DNA of 40,754 nt from a virus (lineage: Duplodnaviria > Caudoviricetes). Positions 16,931-25,191 of the stretch are shown here, one piece after another. Numbering within the stretch: the first letter of the stretch is position 1; each line of letters starts with the position of its first letter. Where the stretch lies: positions 1-40,754 of IMG/VR virus record IMGVR_UViG_3300012172_000008; one strand, 5' to 3'. A program made the translations under genes and the position numbers. Below the pieces are notes generated by a model. That model had not been told where the DNA came from and did not search any database. It saw nothing but the letters and a program-made list of their open reading frames with translations.

Positions 16931-17842
16931 GTGCCGTTGCGTGCACCGTCTTGCCCTCACCTGGACGACTGGCTGCTGTGGCTCGATGCCGCGCAGCAGG
17001 CCAGCCCGAACACGACCAGAGCCTACCGAAGCGACTGCCTCGCGTTGCTCACCTGGTCGACCAGGCATACCGGAATCACCGATCCCGCGCTGTTGCAGCC
17101 GGCTCACGTGCTGGCCTGGCTGCGCAGCCTGTCGGGCCTGGCCGTGAGCAGCCGCGTGCGCAAGCTCGCCGCGACGCGCTCGTGGTTCCGGTGGCTGATA
17201 ACGCACGGCCGAATCAGCGCCGACCCGACGGTGCACATGACCAAGCCGCGCCGGCCGTACCGGCTGCCGCGCGTGCTGTCGATCGACGAGGTGACAGCGC
17301 TCATCGAGAGCCAGCGCGGGACGGGCTTCGAGGCCTGCCGCGCGCGGGCGCTGCTCGAGCTGCTGTACTCGACCGGCTGCCGGGTCTCCGAGGCGGCCGG
17401 CCTGCGCCTGAGCGCGCTGAACTTGGACCGCGGCGACGCGATCGTGTGCGGCAATGGGCGGCGCGAGCGGGTCGTCTACCTGGGGAGCGAATGCCGGGCC
17501 GCCGTCGCGCGCTGGCTGGTGGTTCGCGAGGGGTTGCTCAGGGAGTCGAGCTGGCGGGACTCCGGAGCCCTCTTCGTGAACGCGCGCGACGGTGGCCCGC
17601 TGTCGGTGCGGAGCATGGGCCGGATCGTGAAGGCCGCGGCGAAGGCGGCCGGGCTGCGGATCCGCGTGCACCCGCACATGCTGCGGCACAGCTTCGCGAC
17701 GCACCTGTTGGACCGCGGCGCCGACTGCCGCTACGTGCAGGAGCTGCTCGGGCATCGCAGCCTGAGCACGACGCAGATCTACACGCACGTCTCGATCGTG
17801 CGACTCAAGGACATCTACAGCGTCGCGCACCCGCGCGCCTGA
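16931..17842 (+). CDS. XerC/XerD-like tyrosine recombinase (303 aa); catalytic Lys position is Asn
   Basis: SPNTTRAYRSD, LLELLYSTGCRVSE, HPHMLRHSFATHLL, VQELLGHRSLSTTQIYTHVS; CAGGAG RBS before GTG 16931. Confidence 0.93.
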   Translation: MPLRAPSCPHLDDWLLWLDAAQQASPNTTRAYRSDCLALLTWSTRHTGITDPALLQPAHVLAWLRSLSGLAVSSRVRKLAATRSWFRWLITHGRISADPTVHMTKPRRPYRLPRVLSIDEVTALIESQRGTGFEACRARALLELLYSTGCRVSEAAGLRLSALNLDRGDAIVCGNGRRERVVYLGSECRAAVARWLVVREGLLRESSWRDSGALFVNARDGGPLSVRSMGRIVKAAAKAAGLRIRVHPHMLRHSFATHLLDRGADCRYVQELLGHRSLSTTQIYTHVSIVRLKDIYSVAHPRA

Positions 17843-18076
17843 CCACGAGCTGTGGCGGAGCGGGGCCGGCCAGTGAATCCCGCCCCGCTCTAACAGCTGC
17901 TCCCGGTCAGCTGCGGGGTGCGCCTTTGCCGGCGCGCCTGGTCGGCCCCGCGACGCTTTCCCTCATTGCCACGCCGCGCGGGGTTGCACCCGGCCCGCTC
18001 GGCGCACGAACCCCGGGTGCGTTCTACGAGCCCGCAGTGAGCGGGCGATCGCGTTGCTAAAAGCCGGGAGGGCTGA

Positions 18077-18775
18077 ATGAAGTTCGAGATCAAGAGCCGC
18101 TGGAGCGGCGCGCTGCTGTTCGAGTGCGAGGCGGATTCACTGCGCATCGCCGTGCAGCTCGCCGTCAAGAAGAAGACCAACCTGGAGGGCGCGTACCTGG
18201 AGGGCGCGGACCTGAGGGGCGCGGACCTGGAGGGCGCGGACCTGGAGGGCGCGTACCTGGAGGGCGCGTACCTGAAGGGCGCGCACCTGGAGGGCGCGAA
18301 CCTGAAGGGCGCGGACCTGAGGGGCGCGTACCTGGAGGGCGCGGACCTGGAGGGCGCGGACCTGGAGGGCGCGTACCTGGAGGGCGCGTACCTGAAGGGC
18401 GCGCACCTGGAGGGCGCGAACCTGGAGGGCGCGTACCTGGAGGGCGCGAACCTGAAGGGCGCGTACCTGCACCCGTCCACGCGCCTCGACACGGGCGAGA
18501 CCTTCGAGGAGTACTTGCGCGACGTGCTGCCCGCGCTGTGCACCGCGGGCGGCCGCGCGTTGGCGGACGTGATCACGCGTGAGCACTGGGAGTGCCACGA
18601 GTGGGCCAACTGCCCGATGGCCGCGGCGTTCGGGGTGAAGGATCCGAACGGCTGTCCGGTGCTGCTGCGGCCGCGCGTGGACCAGTTCGTGAAGCTGTTC
18701 GACTCGGGCCTGATCCCGCTCGCAGCAGCGCGCGCGGCAGCGGGGCTGCCGGCGCTGGCGGAGACGCCGGCATGA
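18077..18775 (+). CDS. Pentapeptide-repeat protein
   Basis: MKFEIKSRWSGALLF leader, then 19 (E/K/R)GA(Y/D/N/H)L units and a Cys/His-containing C-terminal domain. Confidence 0.92.
   Translation: MKFEIKSRWSGALLFECEADSLRIAVQLAVKKKTNLEGAYLEGADLRGADLEGADLEGAYLEGAYLKGAHLEGANLKGADLRGAYLEGADLEGADLEGAYLEGAYLKGAHLEGANLEGAYLEGANLKGAYLHPSTRLDTGETFEEYLRDVLPALCTAGGRALADVITREHWECHEWANCPMAAAFGVKDPNGCPVLLRPRVDQFVKLFDSGLIPLAAARAAAGLPALAETPA
18179..18469 (+). repeat. 15-bp coding tandem repeat with 120-bp higher-order duplication
   Basis: Unit CTGGAGGGCGCGTAC and variants; 18241-18300 is identical to 18361-18420. Confidence 0.95.
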
Positions 18776-19087
18776 GCGCGACCACGACCGCCCCCCCCCG
18801 TAGAGGTCGGGAAGATCCTCAGCGCGGCGTCACTCAAGCTCAAGCCGCGCGGCGGCGAGAACCGCGGCACGGAGAGCGAGACGCTCACGTGGATGCGCGC
18901 CGCCGTGCAGGCTCTCAAGGTCGGCCAGGCCGTCGCTGTTCCGGGCTTTGGCTGTACGGAGATGAAGACCCGGAGGAGCCGCGCAGCGCTCGCCAAGAAG
19001 AAGCTGGCGCTGTCAAGGTGCGAGTGGGTCATGCGCATGTCCGCCACCACGCCCACGCTCTACCTGATCCGGCTGCCTGACCCGTGA
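18772..19087 (+). pseudogene. Basic hypothetical protein interrupted by a C9 tract (frameshifted, phase-variable or assembly error)
   Basis: The ATGA-coupled start MSATTTAPP is out of frame with the protein-like VEVGKILS...LYLIRLPDP frame unless the C9 run at 18791-18799 is C8 or C11. Confidence 0.55.
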
Positions 19088-19260
19088 GCGACCAGCTGCT
19101 CTGCCGCTGCGCGCTGCCCGACCCGAAGGTCGCGCCGGGCATGCGCTCGAGCTGCGCGCGGTGCGGCCGGCGGATCTTGGAGACCGACTACGAGCACCGC
19201 AGGGTGCGAGCTGAAGGCAGGCGGGCCCGCGTCGAGCGCGCCAGGAGGGCCAAGGGATGA
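19084..19260 (+). CDS. Small Cys-containing basic protein (58 aa)
   Basis: MSDQLLCRC...CARCGRRIL...RRAKG; GTGA and ATGA overlaps at both ends; not in the ORF track. Confidence 0.6.
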   Translation: MSDQLLCRCALPDPKVAPGMRSSCARCGRRILETDYEHRRVRAEGRRARVERARRAKG

Positions 19261-19556
19261 AGACGACCGAGAAGTTGAAGCTGTCGATGCCCGACTTCAT
19301 CGGGTGGTGGCATGACGCACAGAAAGATCCGCCACCCTACGGCGAGCTGGTCCTGACTTACGACCCAGGCGACCCCTACGAGATCTGTCTCGCTCGGCGT
19401 GATCGCACGGACTGGGAGGGGGAGTGGTTCGAGTACTGGCATCCCAACGACGCTGGCCAGTTCGAGGACCAGCTGGCGCGCTTCTGGATGCAGCTGCCGC
19501 CGGCGCCGTCACCGTCGCGCAAGAAGAAAGCTCCGAAGCGGAGGGCCAAGGGATGA
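19244..19556 (+). repeat. 17-bp direct repeat GGAGGGCCAAGGGATGA bracketing the DUF551-like gene
   Basis: Exact copies at 19244-19260 and 19540-19556, each carrying RBS+ATGA. Confidence 0.88.
19257..19556 (+). CDS. DUF551-like phage protein
   Basis: WHDAQKDPPPYGELVL...FWMQLPPAP pattern. Confidence 0.65.
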   Translation: MKTTEKLKLSMPDFIGWWHDAQKDPPPYGELVLTYDPGDPYEICLARRDRTDWEGEWFEYWHPNDAGQFEDQLARFWMQLPPAPSPSRKKKAPKRRAKG

Positions 19557-21199
19557 GCATCACGCTGACGTGGAAGCCCGACGACGGGGCCAAGATCACG
19601 GTCGCGACGCCGGGGACGGGTTTCTACAAGGGCGGCCCCGGCCAGCCGGACGTGTTCGCGAGCTTCGAGGCGCAGCGCGGCGAGCTCGTGATCAGCAATG
19701 GCTGGTCGGACGCCGACAACCCGAAGCTGGGCGCGCCGGTCTCAGGCACGCTGCGCGTGTTCGGGGCCGAGCCGAAGCTGGCCGAGCCGCGGCACGTGAC
19801 GATCCAGTTCGGCTGCGCGGAGGTGATCCGCATGGGCGAGCCCTGCGCCTACAGCCCGCCGCGCGAGTGGAGCAACTGGCACACCCGCAACATGCCCGAC
19901 GACCCGGCTGCCGTCGCGCACGTCATGGAGCGGCTGGCGGAGACCGACTTCTTCTTCGACGACACGCCCTACGCCAACCCCGAGCAGAGCAAGACGAGCG
20001 AGGGGCGGGTCTGCCAGGCGCTGTGGGCCGGCAGCCTCGCGGCCGCGCTGGGGATCGAGCAGGACCGCGTGCGCGACGCGGCGCAGGCCTTCGTGGACTT
20101 CCAGCTGCGCTGGCGGCACTACTTCTTCTACGACACCGCCGGCAAGCAGCTCACGGCCGCCGGCAACCCGTGGTGGCGCGTGGGGCCCTCCGGCTGGGAC
20201 GGCCAGGTCAAGCTCGACCTGACCGACGAAAGCAACCCGTACCTGTTCGAGGCCGTGCTGCAGCACCTGGCGTTCGACCGGCTGTTCGAGCTGGCGATCG
20301 GCTTCAACAGCTTCAGCGGGCGGCTGTGCACCGAGGCATACATCGAGGCCGTGCTGACACGGCCCGAGTTCAGGAGCGGCACGCTGGCGCAGCAGCAGCG
20401 CACGCACGGCTACTGCGCCGAGCTGTCGGCGCGGATCATCCTGGCGGGGATGCAGAACGCCGAGCGCGAGGCGGCGATGCAGCGCATGGTCGGCGGTTGG
20501 CGCGAGGCGAACGGCACGAGCGCCGCGCTGTTCCCCTACCCATCGATCTCGCCGCCCAAGACCGGCAAGTGGCCGCACGGCTACCCGAGCCTCGTGGACT
20601 GGGAGGTCTACAGCAAGCACTGGAAGCTGTTCCTGCCGCCGGGAACGATGCCGCCGCTCCCCGGCGAAACGTGCGACCACCTGATCCCGTGGCTCGAGCA
20701 GCAGGCCCTCGGTCGCGGGCTGGCGAAGACCGCCTTCACGTTCGGCCCGGACGGGCTGTGGCAGGGCAGCGCGATCGTGTGGCAGACGGCGATCGCGCTC
20801 GGCGGGCTGTGCGACCTGCGCGACGTGGGCGCGCCCATCGAGGACATCGACAATCTGATCGCGCACGCGGCGCGCTGCATCGTGGGACCCGGCGCCGTGT
20901 CGGGCGGGATCGGTGCGACGGGGACGCCGATCACGCCGAACCCGGTCTACAACAGCTACATCGCGCGCTTCCCGAGCCGGGTGACGCCGGGCCCGGGCAA
21001 GAACAGCACCACGCGATTCATCTGCGAGCGGCTGCTGCGGGCCGAGCAGTCGTTCCCGGAGTCGAACCTGGCGGAGCTGTGCCGGCAGCTGGCGAAGGTG
21101 ATCTGGACGGCGACGGACTACCCGAGCGCGGACGCGCCGATCAACCTCGAGACGATGGGCGTGCTGCCCATCAAGGTGTTCGGGGTCAAGGCGACGTGA
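19553..21199 (+). CDS. Large hypothetical protein (548 aa), Trp/Tyr-rich
   Basis: ATGA-coupled start MSITLTWKPDD; strong GC3 codon bias; no recognised family. Confidence 0.8.
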   Translation: MSITLTWKPDDGAKITVATPGTGFYKGGPGQPDVFASFEAQRGELVISNGWSDADNPKLGAPVSGTLRVFGAEPKLAEPRHVTIQFGCAEVIRMGEPCAYSPPREWSNWHTRNMPDDPAAVAHVMERLAETDFFFDDTPYANPEQSKTSEGRVCQALWAGSLAAALGIEQDRVRDAAQAFVDFQLRWRHYFFYDTAGKQLTAAGNPWWRVGPSGWDGQVKLDLTDESNPYLFEAVLQHLAFDRLFELAIGFNSFSGRLCTEAYIEAVLTRPEFRSGTLAQQQRTHGYCAELSARIILAGMQNAEREAAMQRMVGGWREANGTSAALFPYPSISPPKTGKWPHGYPSLVDWEVYSKHWKLFLPPGTMPPLPGETCDHLIPWLEQQALGRGLAKTAFTFGPDGLWQGSAIVWQTAIALGGLCDLRDVGAPIEDIDNLIAHAARCIVGPGAVSGGIGATGTPITPNPVYNSYIARFPSRVTPGPGKNSTTRFICERLLRAEQSFPESNLAELCRQLAKVIWTATDYPSADAPINLETMGVLPIKVFGVKAT

Positions 21200-21776
21200 G
21201 CAGCTCGGACTCGATTCACATGCGACGGTTTCGGGGGGTTCTCTTTTCGGAGGTTCCGATGAAGTCGTTGTGTCTTCTGTTCTCTGTGCTCCTGCTGACG
21301 ACCGCGGCGATGCCGCTGTCGCCGGCCATGCCGGTTGCAGCTCGAGCAGTGCCGCTCGGCGTGCTCGACGTGACGACCTGGGGCGGCGAGCACGCGCTCG
21401 TCCACTTCAGCAACGGCGCCTACCTCGTCACCAACGACGAGGCCGGCGCGCTGTTCGCTGAGTACGGCAACCCGGAAGTGGTGGCCCACTTCTCGTGGCT
21501 GTCGGACGGCATCGAGGTCGTGCTCGACGTCCGCATGCAGGCCGGCGAGTCCGAGGCCAAGTTCGGAGCCCGCTGCGCGAAGACGGTCGAGGTGATGAAG
21601 GCGGCCTTCCCGCCCGACCCGTCGACGCCGCCGGCCGAGGGCTGATTCACATGCGGCGCGTGCAGACTCTGCCGAGGCGCGTTCCTTCCCGCGGGCCCAA
21701 AGCTTTCCCGCAGATCGCTTCTCATCCGCGGCCGTCGCCCGGCGCCTGCACGCGCCGCCTTTCCTCGTGAGCAGCT
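21195..21776 (+). repeat. Nested direct repeats around the secreted-protein gene
   Basis: CGTGAGCAGCT at 21195-21205 and 21766-21776; GATTCACATGCG at 21213-21224 and 21644-21655. Confidence 0.75.
21259..21645 (+). CDS. Secreted protein with Sec signal peptide (128 aa), moron-like
   Basis: GGAGG RBS; MKSLCLLFSVLLLTTAAMP signal; T-rich 5' region. Confidence 0.75.
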   Translation: MKSLCLLFSVLLLTTAAMPLSPAMPVAARAVPLGVLDVTTWGGEHALVHFSNGAYLVTNDEAGALFAEYGNPEVVAHFSWLSDGIEVVLDVRMQAGESEAKFGARCAKTVEVMKAAFPPDPSTPPAEG

Positions 21777-21910
21777 TCTGCAAGGCCTGCAACGCCGAGC
21801 TGCTGTGGGCCAAGACCGCCACCGGCAAGGCCAAGCCGCTCAACCACGACCCCGACAGCGGTGGCAACGTCGAGGAGCAGCGCTGTGTACAACCGCAAGT
21901 GGATGCGTGA
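21767..21910 (+). CDS. Small CxxC phage protein, probably C-terminally truncated (47 aa)
   Basis: MSSFCKACNAELLWAKTATGKAKPLNHDPDSGGNV resembles the common CxxC...W.KT..GK..P family but lacks its distal H..C pair. Confidence 0.5.
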   Translation: MSSFCKACNAELLWAKTATGKAKPLNHDPDSGGNVEEQRCVQPQVDA

Positions 21911-21988
21911 GGTGGGCGCCCGCTGGCGACCCGGAGCGCTGATGCCGTAGCTGTGGGCTGATGGCCCAGCCGGTGGGGACCGGCAACG

Positions 21989-22618
21989 ATGGGGAAGAAG
22001 ACGACCGGCACGACAAAGCTGACGGGCAGGGGTCCGCGTCGCAGGCGCGTCAAGAACTGGCGCCCCGCCTTCCTGCGCAAGCTCAGCCAGACCCATCACG
22101 TCGGCAAGGCCTGCGAGCACGTGCGCGTCTCCCGTGCCTCGGCCTACGCGATGCGCGAGACCGACGCCGACTTCGCCACCGCGTGGGACGCGATCATCAA
22201 CGAGCGCGTGGCGGTGCTCGAGGACAGCATGTTCCAGCGCGCGACGCGCGGCGTGCGCAAGCCCGTGTGGCAGGGCGGCAAGCTCATGGGCACGGTCTAC
22301 CTGCCGAGCGACCAGCTCGCGGTTCACCTGTCGCGGAGCTGGGCGCCCGACCGCTACAACCTCGGCCCCGGCGACGGGGCGGCGAGCTCGGTGTCGGCGC
22401 GCCAGACCGCCCTCGAGATCCGCCAGGCGCTGCAGGAGATGGAGGCCGCGGCGGCCCCGGCTGCCGTGGGAGGAATTGCAGCAGCGGCAGCCGGAACAGC
22501 AGGGGGCGCGCAGGAGAGCGCAGGGCGGTCGGACGGGACAGAGCCCGACCAGCGCGCAGGGGTTGTACATCCCCCTACCAACGGCGAGGGCGCAATTCAA
22601 GCCGAGGGGCCTCCATGA
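21989..22618 (+). CDS. terS: Terminase small subunit
   Basis: WRPAFLRKL...VGKAC...VSRASAY..RE.D.DFA.AW...LEDSMFQRA..G..KPV.QGG...SDQL; upstream of TerL. Confidence 0.8.
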   Translation: MGKKTTGTTKLTGRGPRRRRVKNWRPAFLRKLSQTHHVGKACEHVRVSRASAYAMRETDADFATAWDAIINERVAVLEDSMFQRATRGVRKPVWQGGKLMGTVYLPSDQLAVHLSRSWAPDRYNLGPGDGAASSVSARQTALEIRQALQEMEAAAAPAAVGGIAAAAAGTAGGAQESAGRSDGTEPDQRAGVVHPPTNGEGAIQAEGPP

Positions 22619-22923
22619 GTTGCCTGGCTGGCGACGAGTGGAAGGGTCCGCGGCGCACGCGGCGCTGCCGGTGCGCGGCGCCCAGGTCGGTGCAGCGCTC
22701 CCTGGTGCGCGCCGAGGCCATGGTCTGCGCCCGCTGCGGCGCGGCGGGCCAGTGCGTGTCCGGCTTCCACCCGTGCTCCGGCTCGTGGCGCGGGACGATC
22801 AGGCCGATGCGCGGCTGGCGCACGCGGTGCACCGGTTGCGGGCGGTTCGGCTGGGAGCTGCCCCGGGGCTGCGCCTGGTGCACGCGCGCGGACCTTCCGC
22901 GGCGACGCCGGCGGAGCTGGTGA
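22615..22923 (+). CDS. Cys/Arg-rich zinc-binding protein (102 aa) between terS and terL
   Basis: CRC, CARC, CTGC, CAWC; ATGA overlap. Confidence 0.55.
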   Translation: MSCLAGDEWKGPRRTRRCRCAAPRSVQRSLVRAEAMVCARCGAAGQCVSGFHPCSGSWRGTIRPMRGWRTRCTGCGRFGWELPRGCAWCTRADLPRRRRRSW

Positions 22924-22927
22924 CGGC

Positions 22928-24283
22928 GTGATCCTGTCCCCGCGGTGGACGCCGATGCGCCACCACACCGAGCAGGACCGCCTGCGCCGCTCGCGGGCCT
23001 CGCGCAAGGTCGTGTGCGCCGGCCGCCGCTCGGGCAAGACCGAGATCATGAAGCGCGAGGGCAACGAGCAGACGCTCGCGGGCGGGCCCGAGCACCTGGT
23101 CGACTTCCGGGCCTACTTCGGCGCGCCCACGCGCGACCAGGCCAAGGAGATCTACTGGGAGGATCTCAAGGCGCTCATGCCCGAGCGCTTCGTGCGCCGC
23201 TACCGCGAGAGCGACCTGGCCATCGAGCTCGTGCACGGGCCGAAGCTGCGCGTCATCGGCATGGACAAGCCGCACCGCGCCGAGGGCGGGCCCATCGACT
23301 GGATCTGCCTCGACGAGTTCGCCGACATGAAGCCCGACGCGCTGGCGAAGTCGATCCTGCCGGCGCTCTCGACGCCCGGGCGCCGCGCGGGGCAGCTGCG
23401 CCTGATCGGCAAGCCCAAGCTCGGCGCGCGCCACTTCCGCGAGGCCTTCAACAAGGCCCGCGCCGGCGAGCTGGGGCCCGACTGGGACGCGTTCTGGTGG
23501 CCCTCGCGCGACATCATGGACCCGGCCGAGATCGAGGCCCTGCGCAAGAGCATGGACCCGCTGTCCTTCGCCCAGGAGATCGAGGCCTCTTGGGTCAACG
23601 CCGAGGGGCGCGCCTACCAGCAGTTCACCCGCGAGGAGCACGCGCGCGAGAGCCTGCGCCCCCTCTACGACCCGACGCGGCCGCTCGTGATGGCCTTCGA
23701 CTTCAACGTCGACCCGGGCGTGGCCGAGGTCGCCCAGGAGATCCGCTACCACGTGGACAAGCCGCTCCACCGGCCCGAGGTCGACCGCTACCCGACGGCC
23801 TGGCTGGGCGAGGTCTGGATCCCGCAGAATGGCTACGTGCCCAACGTGTGCCGCCGGCTGCTCGAGGACTGGGGCAGCCACGCCGGTGAGGTGCACCTGT
23901 ACGGCGACCCGTCCGGCGGCGCGCGCCAGGCCACGCAGACCGAGGGCACGGCCTGGCAGATGATCAGGAGCTACCTGCGCCCGGTGTTCGGCGACCGGCT
24001 GCGCGTCATGGTGCCGCGCAAGGACCCCGGCCAGCGCGCGCGCGTCGACGCGATAAACACCCGGCTGCGCACCGCCGACGGCCAGCTGCACACGCTGATC
24101 GACCCGACGGGTTGCCCGCATCTGGTCGAGGACCTCGAGTCGGTCGTGCTGGTCAAGGGCGGCACCGGCGAGCTCGACAAGAGCGACCTGGCGCTGACGC
24201 ACCCGAGCGACGCGGCCTGCTACTACCACGCCGAGAAACACCCGCTCTCACCCTTGACTCTGGTCGAGGAGACGTTCTACTGA
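22928..24283 (+). CDS. terL: Terminase large subunit
   Basis: Walker A AGRRSGKT, APTRDQAK, Walker B ICLDE, nuclease AFDFNVDP, YGDPSG, HPSDA. Confidence 0.95.
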   Translation: MILSPRWTPMRHHTEQDRLRRSRASRKVVCAGRRSGKTEIMKREGNEQTLAGGPEHLVDFRAYFGAPTRDQAKEIYWEDLKALMPERFVRRYRESDLAIELVHGPKLRVIGMDKPHRAEGGPIDWICLDEFADMKPDALAKSILPALSTPGRRAGQLRLIGKPKLGARHFREAFNKARAGELGPDWDAFWWPSRDIMDPAEIEALRKSMDPLSFAQEIEASWVNAEGRAYQQFTREEHARESLRPLYDPTRPLVMAFDFNVDPGVAEVAQEIRYHVDKPLHRPEVDRYPTAWLGEVWIPQNGYVPNVCRRLLEDWGSHAGEVHLYGDPSGGARQATQTEGTAWQMIRSYLRPVFGDRLRVMVPRKDPGQRARVDAINTRLRTADGQLHTLIDPTGCPHLVEDLESVVLVKGGTGELDKSDLALTHPSDAACYYHAEKHPLSPLTLVEETFY

Positions 24284-24290
24284 GGGCCGT

Positions 24291-24335
24291 GCCGGGGGGA
24301 TCCCGGCGTGCGTGTGTGGGGCGAGGGGATCTTGT
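24291..24335 (+). promoter_or_regulatory. Two GGGAU-loop RNA hairpins in the leader of the membrane-protein cluster
   Basis: GCCGGG-GGGAT-CCCGGC (24291-24307) and GCGAG-GGGAT-CTTGT (24321-24335). Confidence 0.55.
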
Positions 24336-24396
24336 GGCCACGCGCGCGGAGACCTCACGCACCTGAGCGTCCGGTCGCCAGCAGCATCAGGCGACC

Positions 24397-24885
24397 GTGG
24401 AGACGCGCGTGGCAGGCGACGAGCCGAGGCCGTTCCTGTTCAGGGTCCAGAGCACCTTCGTCCCGGCAGGCCTCGTCGTCTCCGCGCTGATCCTGGGCTT
24501 CACGGGTCGCTCGATCCTGCAGAGCGAGCGCGACGCGACCAAGGCCTCGATCGAGGCCGTGACCACGAGCACGGCCGCGGCGCTCAAGGAGTGGCAGCTG
24601 CAGCAGGACGCGCGCGAGCGGCAGTACCGCGAGCAGCAGGACAAGCAGAACCTAGACTTCCAGTCGAGCGTGCTGCTGCAGATCAGCCAGATGCGCGGCG
24701 AGCAGTCGGCTGTGCAGGCCTCGGTCTCGCGCGTCGAGCAGACGCTGGCCGTGCTCACCGCCACGCAGTCGCAGCTCGCGTTCACCGCCGACCTGCGGCT
24801 GTGGGCCGCCGACATCGCGCGCGAGAACCCGACGATGAAGATCCCGCCCTTCGTGCCCACCGCCCAGTCGAACGAGAAGAGGTGA
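24397..24885 (+). CDS. Single-TM coiled-coil membrane protein (candidate lysis protein)
   Basis: TM segment FVPAGLVVSALILGFTG followed by a Gln-rich coiled coil. Confidence 0.7.
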   Translation: METRVAGDEPRPFLFRVQSTFVPAGLVVSALILGFTGRSILQSERDATKASIEAVTTSTAAALKEWQLQQDARERQYREQQDKQNLDFQSSVLLQISQMRGEQSAVQASVSRVEQTLAVLTATQSQLAFTADLRLWAADIARENPTMKIPPFVPTAQSNEKR

Positions 24886-24888
24886 CCC

Positions 24889-25191
24889 ATGGCCGACTTC
24901 CCCGCACAGCCCGCCGCACTGAACTTCCGCGACAAGCCCACGTTCGGCTCCTCGGCCGCGGTCAACACGACCGGCCTGCAGATCCTCGCCGCCGATCCGC
25001 TGCGGCGTATGGGGACCTGGATCCGCAACACCGGCGGCACCAACGCCCTGCTCGTCGGCGACGCTTCGGGCACGGCGGTCTACAGCCAAGCGGCCTCGGC
25101 CGCTGCGCCTCCGGTGTTCATCCCGGGCACGGGCGCGATCTTCGTCAAGGCCGCGGCCTCAACCACGGACGTCTGCTGGATGGCCTACTGA
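24889..25191 (+). CDS. Small beta-rich protein (100 aa), possible virion decoration
   Basis: ILAADPLRRMGTWIRNTGGTNALLVG...GAIFVKA; GAGG RBS. Confidence 0.7.
   Translation: MADFPAQPAALNFRDKPTFGSSAAVNTTGLQILAADPLRRMGTWIRNTGGTNALLVGDASGTAVYSQAASAAAPPVFIPGTGAIFVKAAASTTDVCWMAY

Noticed and set aside
16636-18060. 474-aa ORF spanning the recombinase and both flanking gaps
   Set aside because: Overlaps the Xer-like gene in another frame with low-complexity composition; stop-codon scarcity at high GC explains it
17885-18060. Integron attC/attI next to the tyrosine recombinase (CTCTAAC ... GTTG)
   Set aside because: No RYYYAAC/GTTRRRY complementary pair, and the recombinase lacks the IntI-specific insertion
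17843-18076. tRNA or tmRNA in intergenic gaps
   Set aside because: No cloverleaf with T-loop GTTCRA and D-loop consensus found here or in the other gaps I inspected
18179-18469. Possible CRISPR array or DGR template/variable repeat
   Set aside because: Contiguous 15-bp coding units with no spacers; no cas or reverse transcriptase gene in the genome
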